Assembly: GCA_045533505.1 (NCBI GenBank)
Contig: JAZSHY010000014.1
Coordinates: 99,780-163,779 of the forward strand
Direction: 5' to 3'
From: Eubacteriales bacterium
GTDB lineage: Bacteria; Bacillota; Clostridia; Oscillospirales; CAG-272
DNA: 64,000 nucleotides
The notes below the pieces were generated by a model. It searched no databases. It was not told the DNA's origin and saw only the letters and a program-made list of their open reading frames with translations. Positions 1 to 9,222 of the stretch are shown here, piece after piece. The position numbers and the translations under genes are program-made. Positions within the stretch are counted from its first letter, which is position 1. Each line of letters opens with the position of its first letter.

Positions 1-1340
1 CACGGCGTGATATTCTCAGCATATGCAACGAAACCTCCTGCGAGCTGAAAACCCTTCCCGGCATCTATCAGTCGCTTTCGGGCACGATTGGCGCGGATTC
101 GATGCGTGAGATTGCCCTTGAGGACCTTCTCGGCAGAGAGACCGTCCGCGTGGAGATGGACGAAATCCGCGAATTCGTGTCGGGCAAGGTGGTGCTCGTG
201 ACGGGGGGCGGCGGCTCCATCGGGAGTGAGCTCTGCCGTCAGATTGCCACCTTCCACCCAAAGCAGCTGGTCATCTTCGATATTTACGAAAACAACGCCC
301 ACGCTATCGCGCTGGAGCTTCAGGACCGCTTCCCGAGGCTTGACGTTGCCGTGCTCATCGGCTCGGTGCGCGACAGCAAGCGGATTGAGCAGGTTTTCCG
401 CCAATATAAGCCCTACGTCGTTTACCACGCGGCGGCGCACAAGCACGTACCGCTTATGGAGGGGAGCCCCTGCGAGGCTATCAAAAACAACACGATAGGA
501 ACCTACAAAACAGCCTATGCCGCCATGAAGAACGGCTGCCGCAGGTTCGTTCTTATCTCCACCGACAAGGCGGTGAACCCCACCAACATCATGGGGGCCT
601 CCAAGCGCCTTTGCGAGATGATTGTTCAGACCTTCGACAAGCGTGTGAGAGAGGGGCGTGCCGACAGCATTCCTCCTCTTTACGGGCACGGCGAGGAGGA
701 GCCGAGAAGGCCCGCCCGCACCGACTGCTTTACCCCCTCCACGGAGTTCGTGGCGGTGCGCTTCGGGAACGTTCTCGGCAGCAACGGCTCTGTCATACCG
801 CGCTTCCGTGAGCAGATTGCAAGGGGCGGCCCCGTGACGGTCACGCACCCCGATATTATCCGCTATTTTATGACCATTCCCGAGGCAGCCTCGCTCGTGC
901 TCGAGGCAGGCACCTATGCCCACGGGGGCGAGATTTTCGTGCTTGACATGGGCTCGCCCGTGAAGATTGACACCCTGGCGCGGAACCTTATCAAGCTTTC
1001 GGGCCTCCGCCCCGATGAGGATATTCCCATCGTGTATACGGGGCTCCGCCCGGGCGAGAAGCTGTACGAGGAAAAGCTGATGTCCGAGGAGGGGCTGAGA
1101 ACCACCCCGAACCGACTCATTCACATAGGCTGCCCCATTCCCTTTGACGAGGATGTCTTTCTGAAAAAGCTGCCTCGCCTCCTTGCCGCCGCCTGTGACG
1201 GGCGCGAGGACGAAATCCGTTCTCTCGTGACCGAGGTGTGCCCCACCTTCCGCCCCGCGGGGGAGCACGGCAGCGAGGAAAAGGGCGCGGCCTTTGACGA
1301 GCAGATGAAGCTTGTGGGCGCAGGCGCCGCCAAGGCGTGA
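1..1340 (+). CDS. CapD/WbpM-type polysaccharide biosynthesis protein (NDP-sugar dehydratase/epimerase); the 5' end lies outside the window
   Basis: The frame stays open from the window edge through the first ATG at 102, reading ...LKTLPGIYQSLSG.... It has the Rossmann motif VLVTGGGGSIGSEL, then VYHAAAHKHVPLME and ISTDKAVNPTNIMGASKR, typical of the CapD/FlaA1 short-chain dehydratase family. Confidence 0.8.
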   Translation, partial: RRDILSICNETSCELKTLPGIYQSLSGTIGADSMREIALEDLLGRETVRVEMDEIREFVSGKVVLVTGGGGSIGSELCRQIATFHPKQLVIFDIYENNAHAIALELQDRFPRLDVAVLIGSVRDSKRIEQVFRQYKPYVVYHAAAHKHVPLMEGSPCEAIKNNTIGTYKTAYAAMKNGCRRFVLISTDKAVNPTNIMGASKRLCEMIVQTFDKRVREGRADSIPPLYGHGEEEPRRPARTDCFTPSTEFVAVRFGNVLGSNGSVIPRFREQIARGGPVTVTHPDIIRYFMTIPEAASLVLEAGTYAHGGEIFVLDMGSPVKIDTLARNLIKLSGLRPDEDIPIVYTGLRPGEKLYEEKLMSEEGLRTTPNRLIHIGCPIPFDEDVFLKKLPRLLAAACDGREDEIRSLVTEVCPTFRPAGEHGSEEKGAAFDEQMKLVGAGAAKA

Positions 1341-1388
1341 CGCCCTGCCAAGGCATACAAAAAGCACAACGAAACGAGGTGAGAGAGC

Positions 1389-2546
1389 GTGACGGTTCAG
1401 GACGGATTTTTCCTGCTTCTTTCGCACGCGCTTTGCGAAAGGGAGCTGACCGAGGAGACACTGGCCGAGCTTCGCACCGTTGACCTCGCCTCCCTGCACA
1501 GGCTTGCCCTCTCGCAGGACCTTGCCCACCTTGTGGGAAGCGCGCTTGACAGCCTGGGGCTCCTCTCGGACGACGGGGCCTCCTCTCTTTTTCAAAGCAG
1601 CATGCTTCAGGCTGCCCTCCGCTGCGAGAGGCAGCGCTACGAATGTGAGCGCATCTATGCCCTCCTTGAGGCAGAGGGGATTGCCTTCCTGCCCCTCAAG
1701 GGTGCCGTCCTCCGTGACCTTTACCCGATACCGTGGTGGAGAACGAGCTGTGACGTGGATATCCTTGTCAGGGAGGAGGAGCTCTCGCGTGCCGCCTCGC
1801 TTCTTTCGGAGAGGCTCGGCTACACCGCCGAGAGGCAAAGGGCCTATCACGACCTTTCGCTCTATGCGGAGAACGGCGTGCACCTTGAGCTGCATTTCAG
1901 CCTTTTGGAAAACGACGCGCGGCTTGACCGCGTGCTCTCGCGCGTTTGGGACTATGCCGCGCCCGTCTGCGAGGGCTCCTCGCGCATGGCGCTCACAAGG
2001 GAATTTCTTCTCTTCCATCAGCTGGCGCATATGGCCTACCACCTTCTCTGCGGCGGCTGCGGCGTGCGTCCCTTTCTGGACGTCTTTTGCCTGCGCGAGA
2101 GGCTCTCACCCGATGCCGAGGCTCTCTCGCCCCTGCTCCGCGAGGCCTCGCTTGAGGATTTCTACCGCGGTGTCCTGTCGCTCCTTTCGGTTTGGCTTCT
2201 CGGCGAGGAGGCAACCCCCTTCACGAACGATGCGCAGCGCTATCTTCTGGAGGGCGGTGTCTACGGCTCGGCCCCCAATGCTATGGCGGTTAGGAGCCGC
2301 GAGGGCAAGGACGGTCTTCGGTACCTGCTCGGGCGGCTCTTTCCCTCCTATACCGAGCTTTCGCACATCTATCCCGTGCTAAGGCGGCACCCATGGCTTA
2401 TGCCCCTTATGACGGTGCGAAGATGGGGAAGCGCCCTCTTTCACGGAGGGCCCCGCCGTCTTTTACGTATGCTGAGGCCGAAGGCCTCCCCCTCCGCCGA
2501 GAAAAAGGAGCGCGCCGAAAGGCTCCTTGCGGAGCTTGGCCTTTAA
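1389..2546 (+). CDS. Uncharacterised nucleotidyltransferase-family protein (NTP_transf_5-like)
   Basis: 385-aa ORF with a GTG start. The central segments SCDVDILV and GVHLELHFSL resemble the family of uncharacterised nucleotidyltransferases often found near polysaccharide loci. Assignment is by motif recall only. Confidence 0.5.
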   Translation: MTVQDGFFLLLSHALCERELTEETLAELRTVDLASLHRLALSQDLAHLVGSALDSLGLLSDDGASSLFQSSMLQAALRCERQRYECERIYALLEAEGIAFLPLKGAVLRDLYPIPWWRTSCDVDILVREEELSRAASLLSERLGYTAERQRAYHDLSLYAENGVHLELHFSLLENDARLDRVLSRVWDYAAPVCEGSSRMALTREFLLFHQLAHMAYHLLCGGCGVRPFLDVFCLRERLSPDAEALSPLLREASLEDFYRGVLSLLSVWLLGEEATPFTNDAQRYLLEGGVYGSAPNAMAVRSREGKDGLRYLLGRLFPSYTELSHIYPVLRRHPWLMPLMTVRRWGSALFHGGPRRLLRMLRPKASPSAEKKERAERLLAELGL

Positions 2547-2556
2547 GCCTGCAAAT

Positions 2557-2598
2557 AAAAAGAGAGCTAACAGCAAAAAGCTGTTAGCTCTCTTTTTC
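2557..2598. terminator. Bidirectional rho-independent terminator between convergent genes
   Basis: Perfect 14-bp stem AGAGAGCTAACAGC / GCTGTTAGCTCTCT with an AAAAA loop. It is flanked by an A-run on the left and a T-run on the right. Confidence 0.8.
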
Positions 2599-2649
2599 TG
2601 TAAGGTCAGCCCCGTTCCGAGGAACAGGGCCGACTGCGCGCGTCAGGCA

Positions 2650-5600
2650 TCAGGAATAGAATTCTCCGAGCTTGACAAGGCGCTCGTATTTGGCCTTCGC
2701 GGAGGCCTCTGCCTTCTCAAAGAGGGCGGCGGCACGCTCAGGGTCCTGCTGAGCAAGGCGGGTGTAACGGGCTTCACCCTTAATGAAGGCCTGATAGTCA
2801 CCCGTCGGGGCCTTCGAATCCAGCGTGAAGGGGTTCTTCCCTTCAGCCTTAAGAGCAGGGTTGTAACGGAAGAGGTGCCAGTAGCCGGCCTCCACCGCCT
2901 TCTTCATTTCGGCCTGGCAGTTCTGCATGCCACCCTTGATGGAGTGCATTTCGCAGGGGGCGTAGCCGATGATGATGGACGGGCCGGGATATGCCTCAGC
3001 CTCGTGCATAGCCTTCAGCGTCTGGTTCGGGTCGGCACCCATGGCAACCTGTGCCACATAGACATAGCCGTAGGACATCGCAATCTGAGCGAGGTCCTTC
3101 TTGCCGATGGCCTTACCCGCGGCGGCAAACTGAGCAACCTGCCCAATCTGCGAGGCCTTCGAGGCCTGGCCGCCCGTGTTCGAATACACCTCGGTATCAA
3201 ACACCATGATGTTCACGTCCTCGCCCGAGGCAAGCACGTGGTCAAGACCGCCGAAGCCGATGTCGTAAGCCCAACCGTCGCCGCCGAAAATCCAAACGCT
3301 CTTCTTGGCGAGGTACTGCTTGTTGGCAAGAATCTTCGCGCGGAGCTCACAGCCGCAGTCGCAGGCCTCAAGAGCCGCGACGAGGGCCTTCGTGGCCTCC
3401 TCGTTGGCCGCACCGTTGTCCTTGGTGGCAAGGTACGCCTCAGCAGCCGCCTTTACCTCCTCGTTCTTCGCGGTGGCAAGGAGCTCCTCTACGTACGCAA
3501 TGGTGCGCTCGCGGAGTGTCTTCTGGCCGAGGTAGATTCCAAGGCCGTGCTCGGCGTTGTCCTCAAAGAGGCTGTTGGCCCAAGCAGGACCGCGCCCGCT
3601 CTCGCGATTGACGGTGTAAGGCGTGGAGGGAGCCGAGCCGCCCCAGATGGAGGAGCAGCCTGTGGCGTTGGAGATATACATTCTCTCGCCGAAGAGCTGC
3701 GTGATAAGACGGGCATACGAGGTCTCGGCACAGCCCGCGCAGGAGCCGGAGAACTCAAGCAGCGGCTGACGGAACTGGCTTCCCTTGATGGTCTTGGTGT
3801 CAAAGAGCTTCTTGTCATCGACGTTGGCCACGCAGTAGTCGAAGTACTTCTGCTCGCCCGACTCTCTCGCCTGGGGAACCATCTCGATGGCCTTCTTGCC
3901 TGTGCCGTCCTTTTCGCCCTTGGCGTTCACGGGGCAGGCCTTGACGCAGAGCGTGCAGCCCATGCAGTCCAGCGGGCTTACGGCCATCGTGAATTTGTAA
4001 GCACCCGACTTGTCGCCGATGACCTTGTCAATCACCTTCATGCCGGCGGGGGCGGCGGCAAGCTCGCTCTCCGAGACGGCGAAGGGACGGATGGTGGCAT
4101 GGGGGCACACGTAGGCGCAATTGTTACACTGAATGCAGTTTTCGGGGTGCCAGGTCGGCACGGTCACAGCCACGCCGCGCTTCTCGTAAGCGGCAGCACC
4201 CTGCGGGAAGGTACCGTCCACATACTTCTCAAAGGCGGAAACAGGGAGGCTGTCACCCTTCATGGAAACGACGGGAAGCACCACTCCGTTGACATAGTCA
4301 ACAAGGTCGGCGCGGGGGCCGGAGACGGCGGGGGCGGCAGGCGTCTCGCCCGCGGTCTTCCAGGACTCGGGCACCGCAACGAGGTGCAGGGCGTCCTTAC
4401 CGCTGTCGATAGCCTTGTGGTTGAGGTCCACAATGTCCTGCCCCTTCTTGAGGTAGGACTTGGTGGCCATATACTTCATATATTCAATGGCCTCGTCAAT
4501 CGGCAGAATCTTGGCAAGAGCGAAGAAGGCCGACTGAAGAATGGTGTTCTTAACCTTGGCGTTGCCGAGGTCAATGGCAAGCTTCGTGGCGTTGATGGTG
4601 TAGAACTTCACACCGTTGTTCGCGATGTAAGACTTGACGCTCGCGGGCAGATGGGCGTCAAGCTCCTCGTCCGTCCACTGGCAGTCAAGCAGGAAGGTAC
4701 CGCCCGGCACCACGTCGGTAACCATGTCGTACTTCTGCAGATACGCCTGGTTGTGGCAAGCCACGAAATCGGCCTTGTTGATGTAATAGGTGGATTTGAT
4801 GGGCGAATCGCCGAAGCGGAGGTGCGAGATGGTGACGCCGCCCGTCTTCTTGGAGTCGTACTGGAAATAGGCCTGAATGTACTTGTCGGTGTGGTCGCCG
4901 ATAATCTTGATGGAGTTCTTGTTGGCACCCACCGTACCGTCGCCGCCAAGGCCCCAGAACTTACAGCTGATGGTGCCTGCGGGGGCGGTAGCGGGGGCAA
5001 CCTTCTCGGGGAGAGAGGTGCCCGTCAGGTCATCGACAATTGCAATGGTGAAGTTGTTCTTCGGTGCTTCGGCGGCAAGGTTCTCGTACACCGCGAAAAT
5101 CGAAGCGGGGGTAGTGTCCTTCGAGCCGAGACCGTAACGGCCACCCACCACGGTGAGACCGCCGCGCCCCTCACGGGCAAGGGCGGCAAGGACGTCAAGA
5201 TAAAGCGGCTCGCCGAGGGAGCCGGGCTCCTTGGTGCGGTCAAGCACGGCAATCTTCTTGGCAGTGGCGGGGATAGCGGCGGCAAGGTGCGCAGACGAGA
5301 AAGGACGGTAGAGGCGAACCTTGACAAGGCCGACCTTCTCACCCCTCGCGTTCATGTAATCGATGACCTCCTCGATGGTATCGCAGACAGAGCCCATCGC
5401 CACAATCACACGCTCGGCGTCGGGTGCGCCGTAATAGTTGAAGAGCTGGTAGTCGGTGCCGAGCTTCGCGTTCACCTTGTGCATGTACTCCTCAACGATA
5501 GCCGGGAAGGCCTCGTAGTAGCGGTTGCAGGCCTCTCTGTGCTGGAAGAAGATGTCACCGTTTTCGGCAGAGCCGCGGAGAACGGGGAATTCGGGATTGA

Positions 5601-6243
5601 GCGAACGGGCACGGAAGGCTGCGACGGCATCGGTGTCAAGCATGTCGCGCAGGTCCTCGTAGTCCCACACCTCAATCTTCTGAATCTCATGCGAGGTACG
5701 GAAGCCGTCAAAGAAGTTAAGGACAGGATCGAGGCCCTTGATGGTGGCAAGGTGAGCCACGGCGCCGAGGGCCATAATCTCCTGGGCGTTGGTTTCTGCC
5801 AGCATGGCATAGCCTGTCTGGCGGCAGGCATACACGTCGGAATGGTCGCCGAAGATGTTAAGAGCATGGCTGGCCACGCAGCGCGCCGAAACGTGAATTA
5901 CGCTCGGCAGAAGCTCACCGGCAATCTTGTACATGTTGGGAATCATGAGAAGAAGGCCCTGAGATGCGGTGTAGGTGGTGGTAAGGGCACCCGCGGCAAG
6001 AGAGCCGTGCACAGCACCCGCGGCACCTGCCTCGGACTGCATCTCGGTCACCTTGACACGGTCACCGAACAGGTTGGTGGCGGGCTTGCCGAACACATTC
6101 TTATTGGCAGCGCTCCAGCTGTCGGTCACCTCTGCCATAGGGCTGGAAGGGGTGATAGGGTAGATGGCCGCTACTTCGGTGAATGCATAGGAAACATGCG
6201 CCGCAGCAGTGTTACCATCCATAGAAAGCTTTTTTCTTTCCAT
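2650..6243 (-). CDS. nifJ: Pyruvate:ferredoxin (flavodoxin) oxidoreductase, single-chain PFOR
   Basis: 1197 aa. The N-terminus is MDGNTAAAHVSYAFTEVAAIYPITPSSPMAE. Two ferredoxin-type motifs are present (CIQCNNCAYVCPH and CMGCTLCVKACP), and the TPP-binding region reads GGDGWAYDIGFGGLDHV. Confidence 0.95.
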   Translation of the reverse strand: MERKKLSMDGNTAAAHVSYAFTEVAAIYPITPSSPMAEVTDSWSAANKNVFGKPATNLFGDRVKVTEMQSEAGAAGAVHGSLAAGALTTTYTASQGLLLMIPNMYKIAGELLPSVIHVSARCVASHALNIFGDHSDVYACRQTGYAMLAETNAQEIMALGAVAHLATIKGLDPVLNFFDGFRTSHEIQKIEVWDYEDLRDMLDTDAVAAFRARSLNPEFPVLRGSAENGDIFFQHREACNRYYEAFPAIVEEYMHKVNAKLGTDYQLFNYYGAPDAERVIVAMGSVCDTIEEVIDYMNARGEKVGLVKVRLYRPFSSAHLAAAIPATAKKIAVLDRTKEPGSLGEPLYLDVLAALAREGRGGLTVVGGRYGLGSKDTTPASIFAVYENLAAEAPKNNFTIAIVDDLTGTSLPEKVAPATAPAGTISCKFWGLGGDGTVGANKNSIKIIGDHTDKYIQAYFQYDSKKTGGVTISHLRFGDSPIKSTYYINKADFVACHNQAYLQKYDMVTDVVPGGTFLLDCQWTDEELDAHLPASVKSYIANNGVKFYTINATKLAIDLGNAKVKNTILQSAFFALAKILPIDEAIEYMKYMATKSYLKKGQDIVDLNHKAIDSGKDALHLVAVPESWKTAGETPAAPAVSGPRADLVDYVNGVVLPVVSMKGDSLPVSAFEKYVDGTFPQGAAAYEKRGVAVTVPTWHPENCIQCNNCAYVCPHATIRPFAVSESELAAAPAGMKVIDKVIGDKSGAYKFTMAVSPLDCMGCTLCVKACPVNAKGEKDGTGKKAIEMVPQARESGEQKYFDYCVANVDDKKLFDTKTIKGSQFRQPLLEFSGSCAGCAETSYARLITQLFGERMYISNATGCSSIWGGSAPSTPYTVNRESGRGPAWANSLFEDNAEHGLGIYLGQKTLRERTIAYVEELLATAKNEEVKAAAEAYLATKDNGAANEEATKALVAALEACDCGCELRAKILANKQYLAKKSVWIFGGDGWAYDIGFGGLDHVLASGEDVNIMVFDTEVYSNTGGQASKASQIGQVAQFAAAGKAIGKKDLAQIAMSYGYVYVAQVAMGADPNQTLKAMHEAEAYPGPSIIIGYAPCEMHSIKGGMQNCQAEMKKAVEAGYWHLFRYNPALKAEGKNPFTLDSKAPTGDYQAFIKGEARYTRLAQQDPERAAALFEKAEASAKAKYERLVKLGEFYS

Positions 6244-6333
6244 GTTGAAATTCCTCCGTTTTTTATCTATATTTCCTATATTTTTGAGAACAAGGACGGG
6301 CGGCTGCGGGCACCTGCGCCCGAGCCATTCATC

Positions 6334-6363
6334 ATTATAACATAAGTCTTTTAAAAAGTAAAG
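6334..6363 (-). promoter_or_regulatory. Putative nifJ promoter (extended -10)
   Basis: The minus strand reads TTTACT-17 nt-TATAAT, with TG directly upstream of the -10 (TGTTATAAT). It sits about 90 nt upstream of the nifJ ATG. Confidence 0.45.
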
Positions 6364-6492
6364 AACTTTTTCCTAACATTTACTACAAATTTCGCTTCTT
6401 TCTCAAAGGAACACCCCTCCTCCCTCCGTGCCCTCGCACACCCCCGCCCTCGGCGGCGCGGAACGGCAGCGCGCGGCAGTCCACCTCTCCCC

Positions 6493-6521
6493 TTGACAAA
6501 CACCGCCCTCTCGGCTATAAT
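6493..6521 (+). promoter_or_regulatory. Consensus sigma-A promoter of trpS
   Basis: TTGACA (6493-6498), exactly 17 nt of spacer, then TATAAT (6516-6521). The trpS ATG follows 33 nt downstream. Confidence 0.65.
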
Positions 6522-6553
6522 GAGTAGGTAACAAGACAAACGAGGAGCTTACT

Positions 6554-7555
6554 ATGCTTGGAGAAAATAAGGTTATCTTTTCGGGGGTGCAGCCCTCGGG
6601 GAACCTGACTATCGGAAATTATCTCGGCGCCATCCGCAACTTCGCCGCTTTTCAGGACTCCTACCGCTGCTTTTACTGCGTGGTAGACCTGCACGCCGTC
6701 ACGGTGCACCAGGTGCCCGCAGAGCTGCGCCGCCGCACCTATGAAACGCTCGCGCTCTATATTGCCTGCGGTCTTGACCCCGAGAAGAACACTCTTTTCG
6801 TGCAGTCGCACGTGCCCGCCCACTGCGAGCTTTCCTGGATGCTCGGCTGTCACACCATGTTCGGCGAGCTCTCGCGCATGACGCAGTTCAAGGACAAGAG
6901 CCGAAAGCACGCCGACAACATCAATGCGGGGCTTTTCACCTACCCCGTGCTGATGGCCTCGGATATCCTCCTGTATCAGACCGACCTTGTGCCCGTGGGC
7001 ATCGACCAGAAGCAGCACCTTGAGCTCGCCCGCAACATCGCCGTGCGCTTTAACCACGCGATGGGTGACACCTTCACGGTGCCCGACGGCTACATTCCGC
7101 GCGAGGGCATGAAAATCATGTCGCTTGCCGAGCCCACCTCCAAGATGTCCAAATCCGACCCGAACCCGAATGCCGTGGTCTATATCCTTGACTCCAAGGA
7201 CGATATCCTGCGCAAGTTCCGCCGCGCGGTGACTGATTCGGGCAGCGAGGTGCGCTATGACGAGGCGAAGCCGGGCATCGCCAACCTGATGTCGATTTAC
7301 CGTTGCTTCACGGGGCGCGAGTTTTCCGAAATCGAGGCCGAGTTCTCAGGGCGCGGCTATGGGGATTTCAAGGCCGCCGTAGGCGAGGTGACCGCCGATG
7401 CCCTTGCCCCCGTGCGCGCCGAATTCTCCCGTCTTATGGCCGACAAGGCCTACCTCACCGATGTCATGCGCTCGGGGGCTGAGGCCGCAGGGCGCGCCGC
7501 CGCGAGAACCCTCGCAAAGGTGAAGCGTAAGCTTGGCTTTGTGGAGCTGAAATAA
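6554..7555 (+). CDS. trpS: Tryptophan--tRNA ligase
   Basis: 333 aa. The class I signatures are SGVQPSGNLTIGNYLG (HIGH-region equivalent) and KMSKS. An SD GAGGAG lies upstream. Confidence 0.95.
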   Translation: MLGENKVIFSGVQPSGNLTIGNYLGAIRNFAAFQDSYRCFYCVVDLHAVTVHQVPAELRRRTYETLALYIACGLDPEKNTLFVQSHVPAHCELSWMLGCHTMFGELSRMTQFKDKSRKHADNINAGLFTYPVLMASDILLYQTDLVPVGIDQKQHLELARNIAVRFNHAMGDTFTVPDGYIPREGMKIMSLAEPTSKMSKSDPNPNAVVYILDSKDDILRKFRRAVTDSGSEVRYDEAKPGIANLMSIYRCFTGREFSEIEAEFSGRGYGDFKAAVGEVTADALAPVRAEFSRLMADKAYLTDVMRSGAEAAGRAAARTLAKVKRKLGFVELK

Positions 7556-7565
7556 AGAGTGCCGC

Positions 7566-7627
7566 ACCGTCATGCCGCCTCTGCCCGTCGGGCAGAGGCG
7601 GTATGACGGGCACCCAAACGGTTTTTT
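7566..7627 (+). terminator. trpS terminator
   Basis: 20-bp stem CCGTCATGCCGCCTCTGCCC / GGGCAGAGGCGGTATGACGG with one G-U pair and a GTCG loop. A T6 run lies a few nt downstream. Confidence 0.65.
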
Positions 7628-7647
7628 AAGATTTTTTCTTTTCCCCC

Positions 7648-7676
7648 TTGACAAAGCATGCCTGCTCTGTTATAAT
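7648..7676 (+). promoter_or_regulatory. Consensus promoter of tRNA-Thr
   Basis: TTGACA (7648-7653), 17 nt of spacer, then TATAAT (7671-7676). It lies 14 nt upstream of the tRNA 5' end. Confidence 0.65.
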
Positions 7677-7690
7677 AAGCAAGGTCATAG

Positions 7691-7766
7691 GCTGCTATGG
7701 CTCAGTTGGTAGAGCACATCCTTGGTAAGGATGAGGTCATCAGTTCGAATCTGATTAGCAGCTCCA
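7691..7766 (+). tRNA. tRNA-Thr (anticodon GGT), CCA encoded
   Basis: Folded by hand as a 76-nt cloverleaf. The acceptor stem is GCTGCTA/TAGCAGC, the D arm GCTC-AGTTGGTA-GAGC, the anticodon arm CATCC-TTGGTAA-GGATG and the T arm ATCAG-TTCGAAT-CTGAT. It ends in T-CCA. Confidence 0.9.
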
Positions 7767-7964
7767 GAAAAGGCGCGCTTGCTTCAAGGCAGGCGGGCCT
7801 TTTTTGCTTCCCTCGCCTGTGCTTCTGCCCGTCTCATATGCCGAAAAAGCATACTCTCTCAGGTCTTTGCCCCCCTTTTTGTAAAAAATACTTTGCACTT
7901 TTTCCGTGGCAGCACGCAGCACCTTCCCCTTCTGCCGACGGAATTTTCAGTAAAGGAGAATGTT

Positions 7965-8642
7965 ATGACAACCGAGGAACGCGAGGCACTTCTTTGGAAG
8001 AAGCTGCCCTTTTTCGCCTCTCTTGACGAGGCTGTCCGTCATTCGCTTGCCGCGGGGGCGGCAGACATCACCCTGGAGGCAGGACAGGAGGTTGCGGGGA
8101 GCCTCGGGCAGGACGGAGGGCTTCTCCTCCTCATCCGTGGCCGCCTGCTTGTGACCATGCGCTCACACGGCGGGCGCGAGCTCCCTCTTTACCGCCTCGC
8201 TGCGGGCGACTGCTACCTCGTCTCCCGAGGCCTCTTTGGCACTCCGCGCCTTGACACCGAAGCCGAGGCCGAATGCCGCACCGTTGCTCTGCAGCTTGAC
8301 CGACCTCTCCTTTCCCGTTGCCTTGCGGGCTGCCGCGAGGCCGAGGCCTTTTTCCTCGGGAGAGAAGCCGCACGGCTTGCCGAAGCCCTCGCCGCCCTGC
8401 GCTCCGTGCTGCTTGACAGCCTTGAATTCCGTCTTGCCGCCTTCCTGCTCGGGGAGGCGGAGCGCCGCGGCGGTGACACGGTCTACTTCACGCAGGATGC
8501 CCTTGCCCGCTATATCGGCTCGGCACGCGAGGCCGTCTCGCGCACGCTCAAATCCTTTTCCGAGCGCGGGCTCGTGACCGTTTTGCGCGGCGGTGTCAGG
8601 CTGCGCGAGCGCGAGGCGCTTGCCGCCCTGTGCCGCATGTGA
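7965..8642 (+). CDS. Crp/Fnr-family transcriptional regulator
   Basis: Start chosen at ATG 7965, which has SD AAAGGAGA 7 nt upstream; the listed ORF starts earlier at 7779. The N-terminal cNMP-binding-like region reads LPFFASLDEAVRHSL...LEAGQEV. The C-terminal HTH reads QDALARYIGSAREAVSRTLKSFSERGLV. Confidence 0.8.
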   Translation: MTTEEREALLWKKLPFFASLDEAVRHSLAAGAADITLEAGQEVAGSLGQDGGLLLLIRGRLLVTMRSHGGRELPLYRLAAGDCYLVSRGLFGTPRLDTEAEAECRTVALQLDRPLLSRCLAGCREAEAFFLGREAARLAEALAALRSVLLDSLEFRLAAFLLGEAERRGGDTVYFTQDALARYIGSAREAVSRTLKSFSERGLVTVLRGGVRLREREALAALCRM

Positions 8643-8698
8643 GCCTTCGCCGCGTTCTTTAATGTGACCTCTGCACTATTGAGAATCGTTTTCGATAG

Positions 8699-8713
8699 TG
8701 TGACTTAGTCATA
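8699..8713 (+). promoter_or_regulatory. Candidate Crp/Fnr-type operator at about -41 of the perR-like promoter
   Basis: Near-perfect 15-bp palindrome TGTGACTTAGTCATA. It lies 21 nt upstream of a TATACT -10 element (8735-8740) that has no good -35 partner. Confidence 0.35.
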
Positions 8714-8768
8714 GTTTTTTTGCCGCCTTTCGGTTATACTGAATACGATAGCGAAAGGAGGGCGAGAC

Positions 8769-9158
8769 ATGGGAAAGGAATTTGCCCGTCGTGACACCCC
8801 CCAGCGCAGGCTGATACGTGAAATCCTTAGGAAATGTCACGACCACCCCACTGCCGAAGCGGTGTACCTGCGCGCCCGTGCGCAAAATCCCACCATCGGG
8901 TACGGCACGGTCTACCGCAACCTCTCGGTGCTTGCCGAGGAGGGCGAGGCACTCCGCCTGCCTATGCCAAACGGGGCAGACCGTTTTGACGGCACGGCCT
9001 CCGCCCACGGCCACTACCTTTGCCGCATATGCGGCTGCTTCGGCGATATGGAGACGGACGCCGCTCTCACCCCCGCCTTGCCCGACGGGTTTGTGAGCGA
9101 GGGGCTTCTCCTGATTGCCACGGGGGTATGCGCTGCCTGCCGTGACCGCGAAGGATAG
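8769..9158 (+). CDS. Fur-family metalloregulator (PerR-like)
   Basis: 129 aa. The DNA-binding segment is TPQRRLIREILRKCHDHPTAEAVYLRA...GYGTVYRNL. Paired CxxC motifs are present (CRICG and CAAC). The gene sits directly upstream of rubrerythrin, hence the PerR-like call. Confidence 0.75.
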   Translation: MGKEFARRDTPQRRLIREILRKCHDHPTAEAVYLRARAQNPTIGYGTVYRNLSVLAEEGEALRLPMPNGADRFDGTASAHGHYLCRICGCFGDMETDAALTPALPDGFVSEGLLLIATGVCAACRDREG

Positions 9159-9222
9159 GGCGCGGCAAGGACGGGACAATGCTTATTTTGTGTTAAACAC
9201 TATTTTTTAGGAGGAAAATATC

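Noticed and set aside
2527-6345. 1272-aa ORF on the plus strand
   Set aside because: It lies entirely antisense to nifJ (PFOR), whose product is unmistakable. The plus-strand translation is low-complexity and rich in G, L, V, A and R, which is typical of shadow ORFs in high-GC DNA.
6351-6553. Possible T-box leader upstream of trpS
   Set aside because: Only 33 nt separate the -10 element from the trpS ATG. I see no specifier hairpin, T-box sequence or terminator, so trpS appears to be driven directly by a consensus promoter.
9181-9222. GTGTT-A-AACAC dyad between the perR-like gene and rbr, considered as a PerR box
   Set aside because: It is only a 5-bp half-site dyad and does not resemble the 7-1-7 Fur/PerR box I know. 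It is too short to distinguish from chance.
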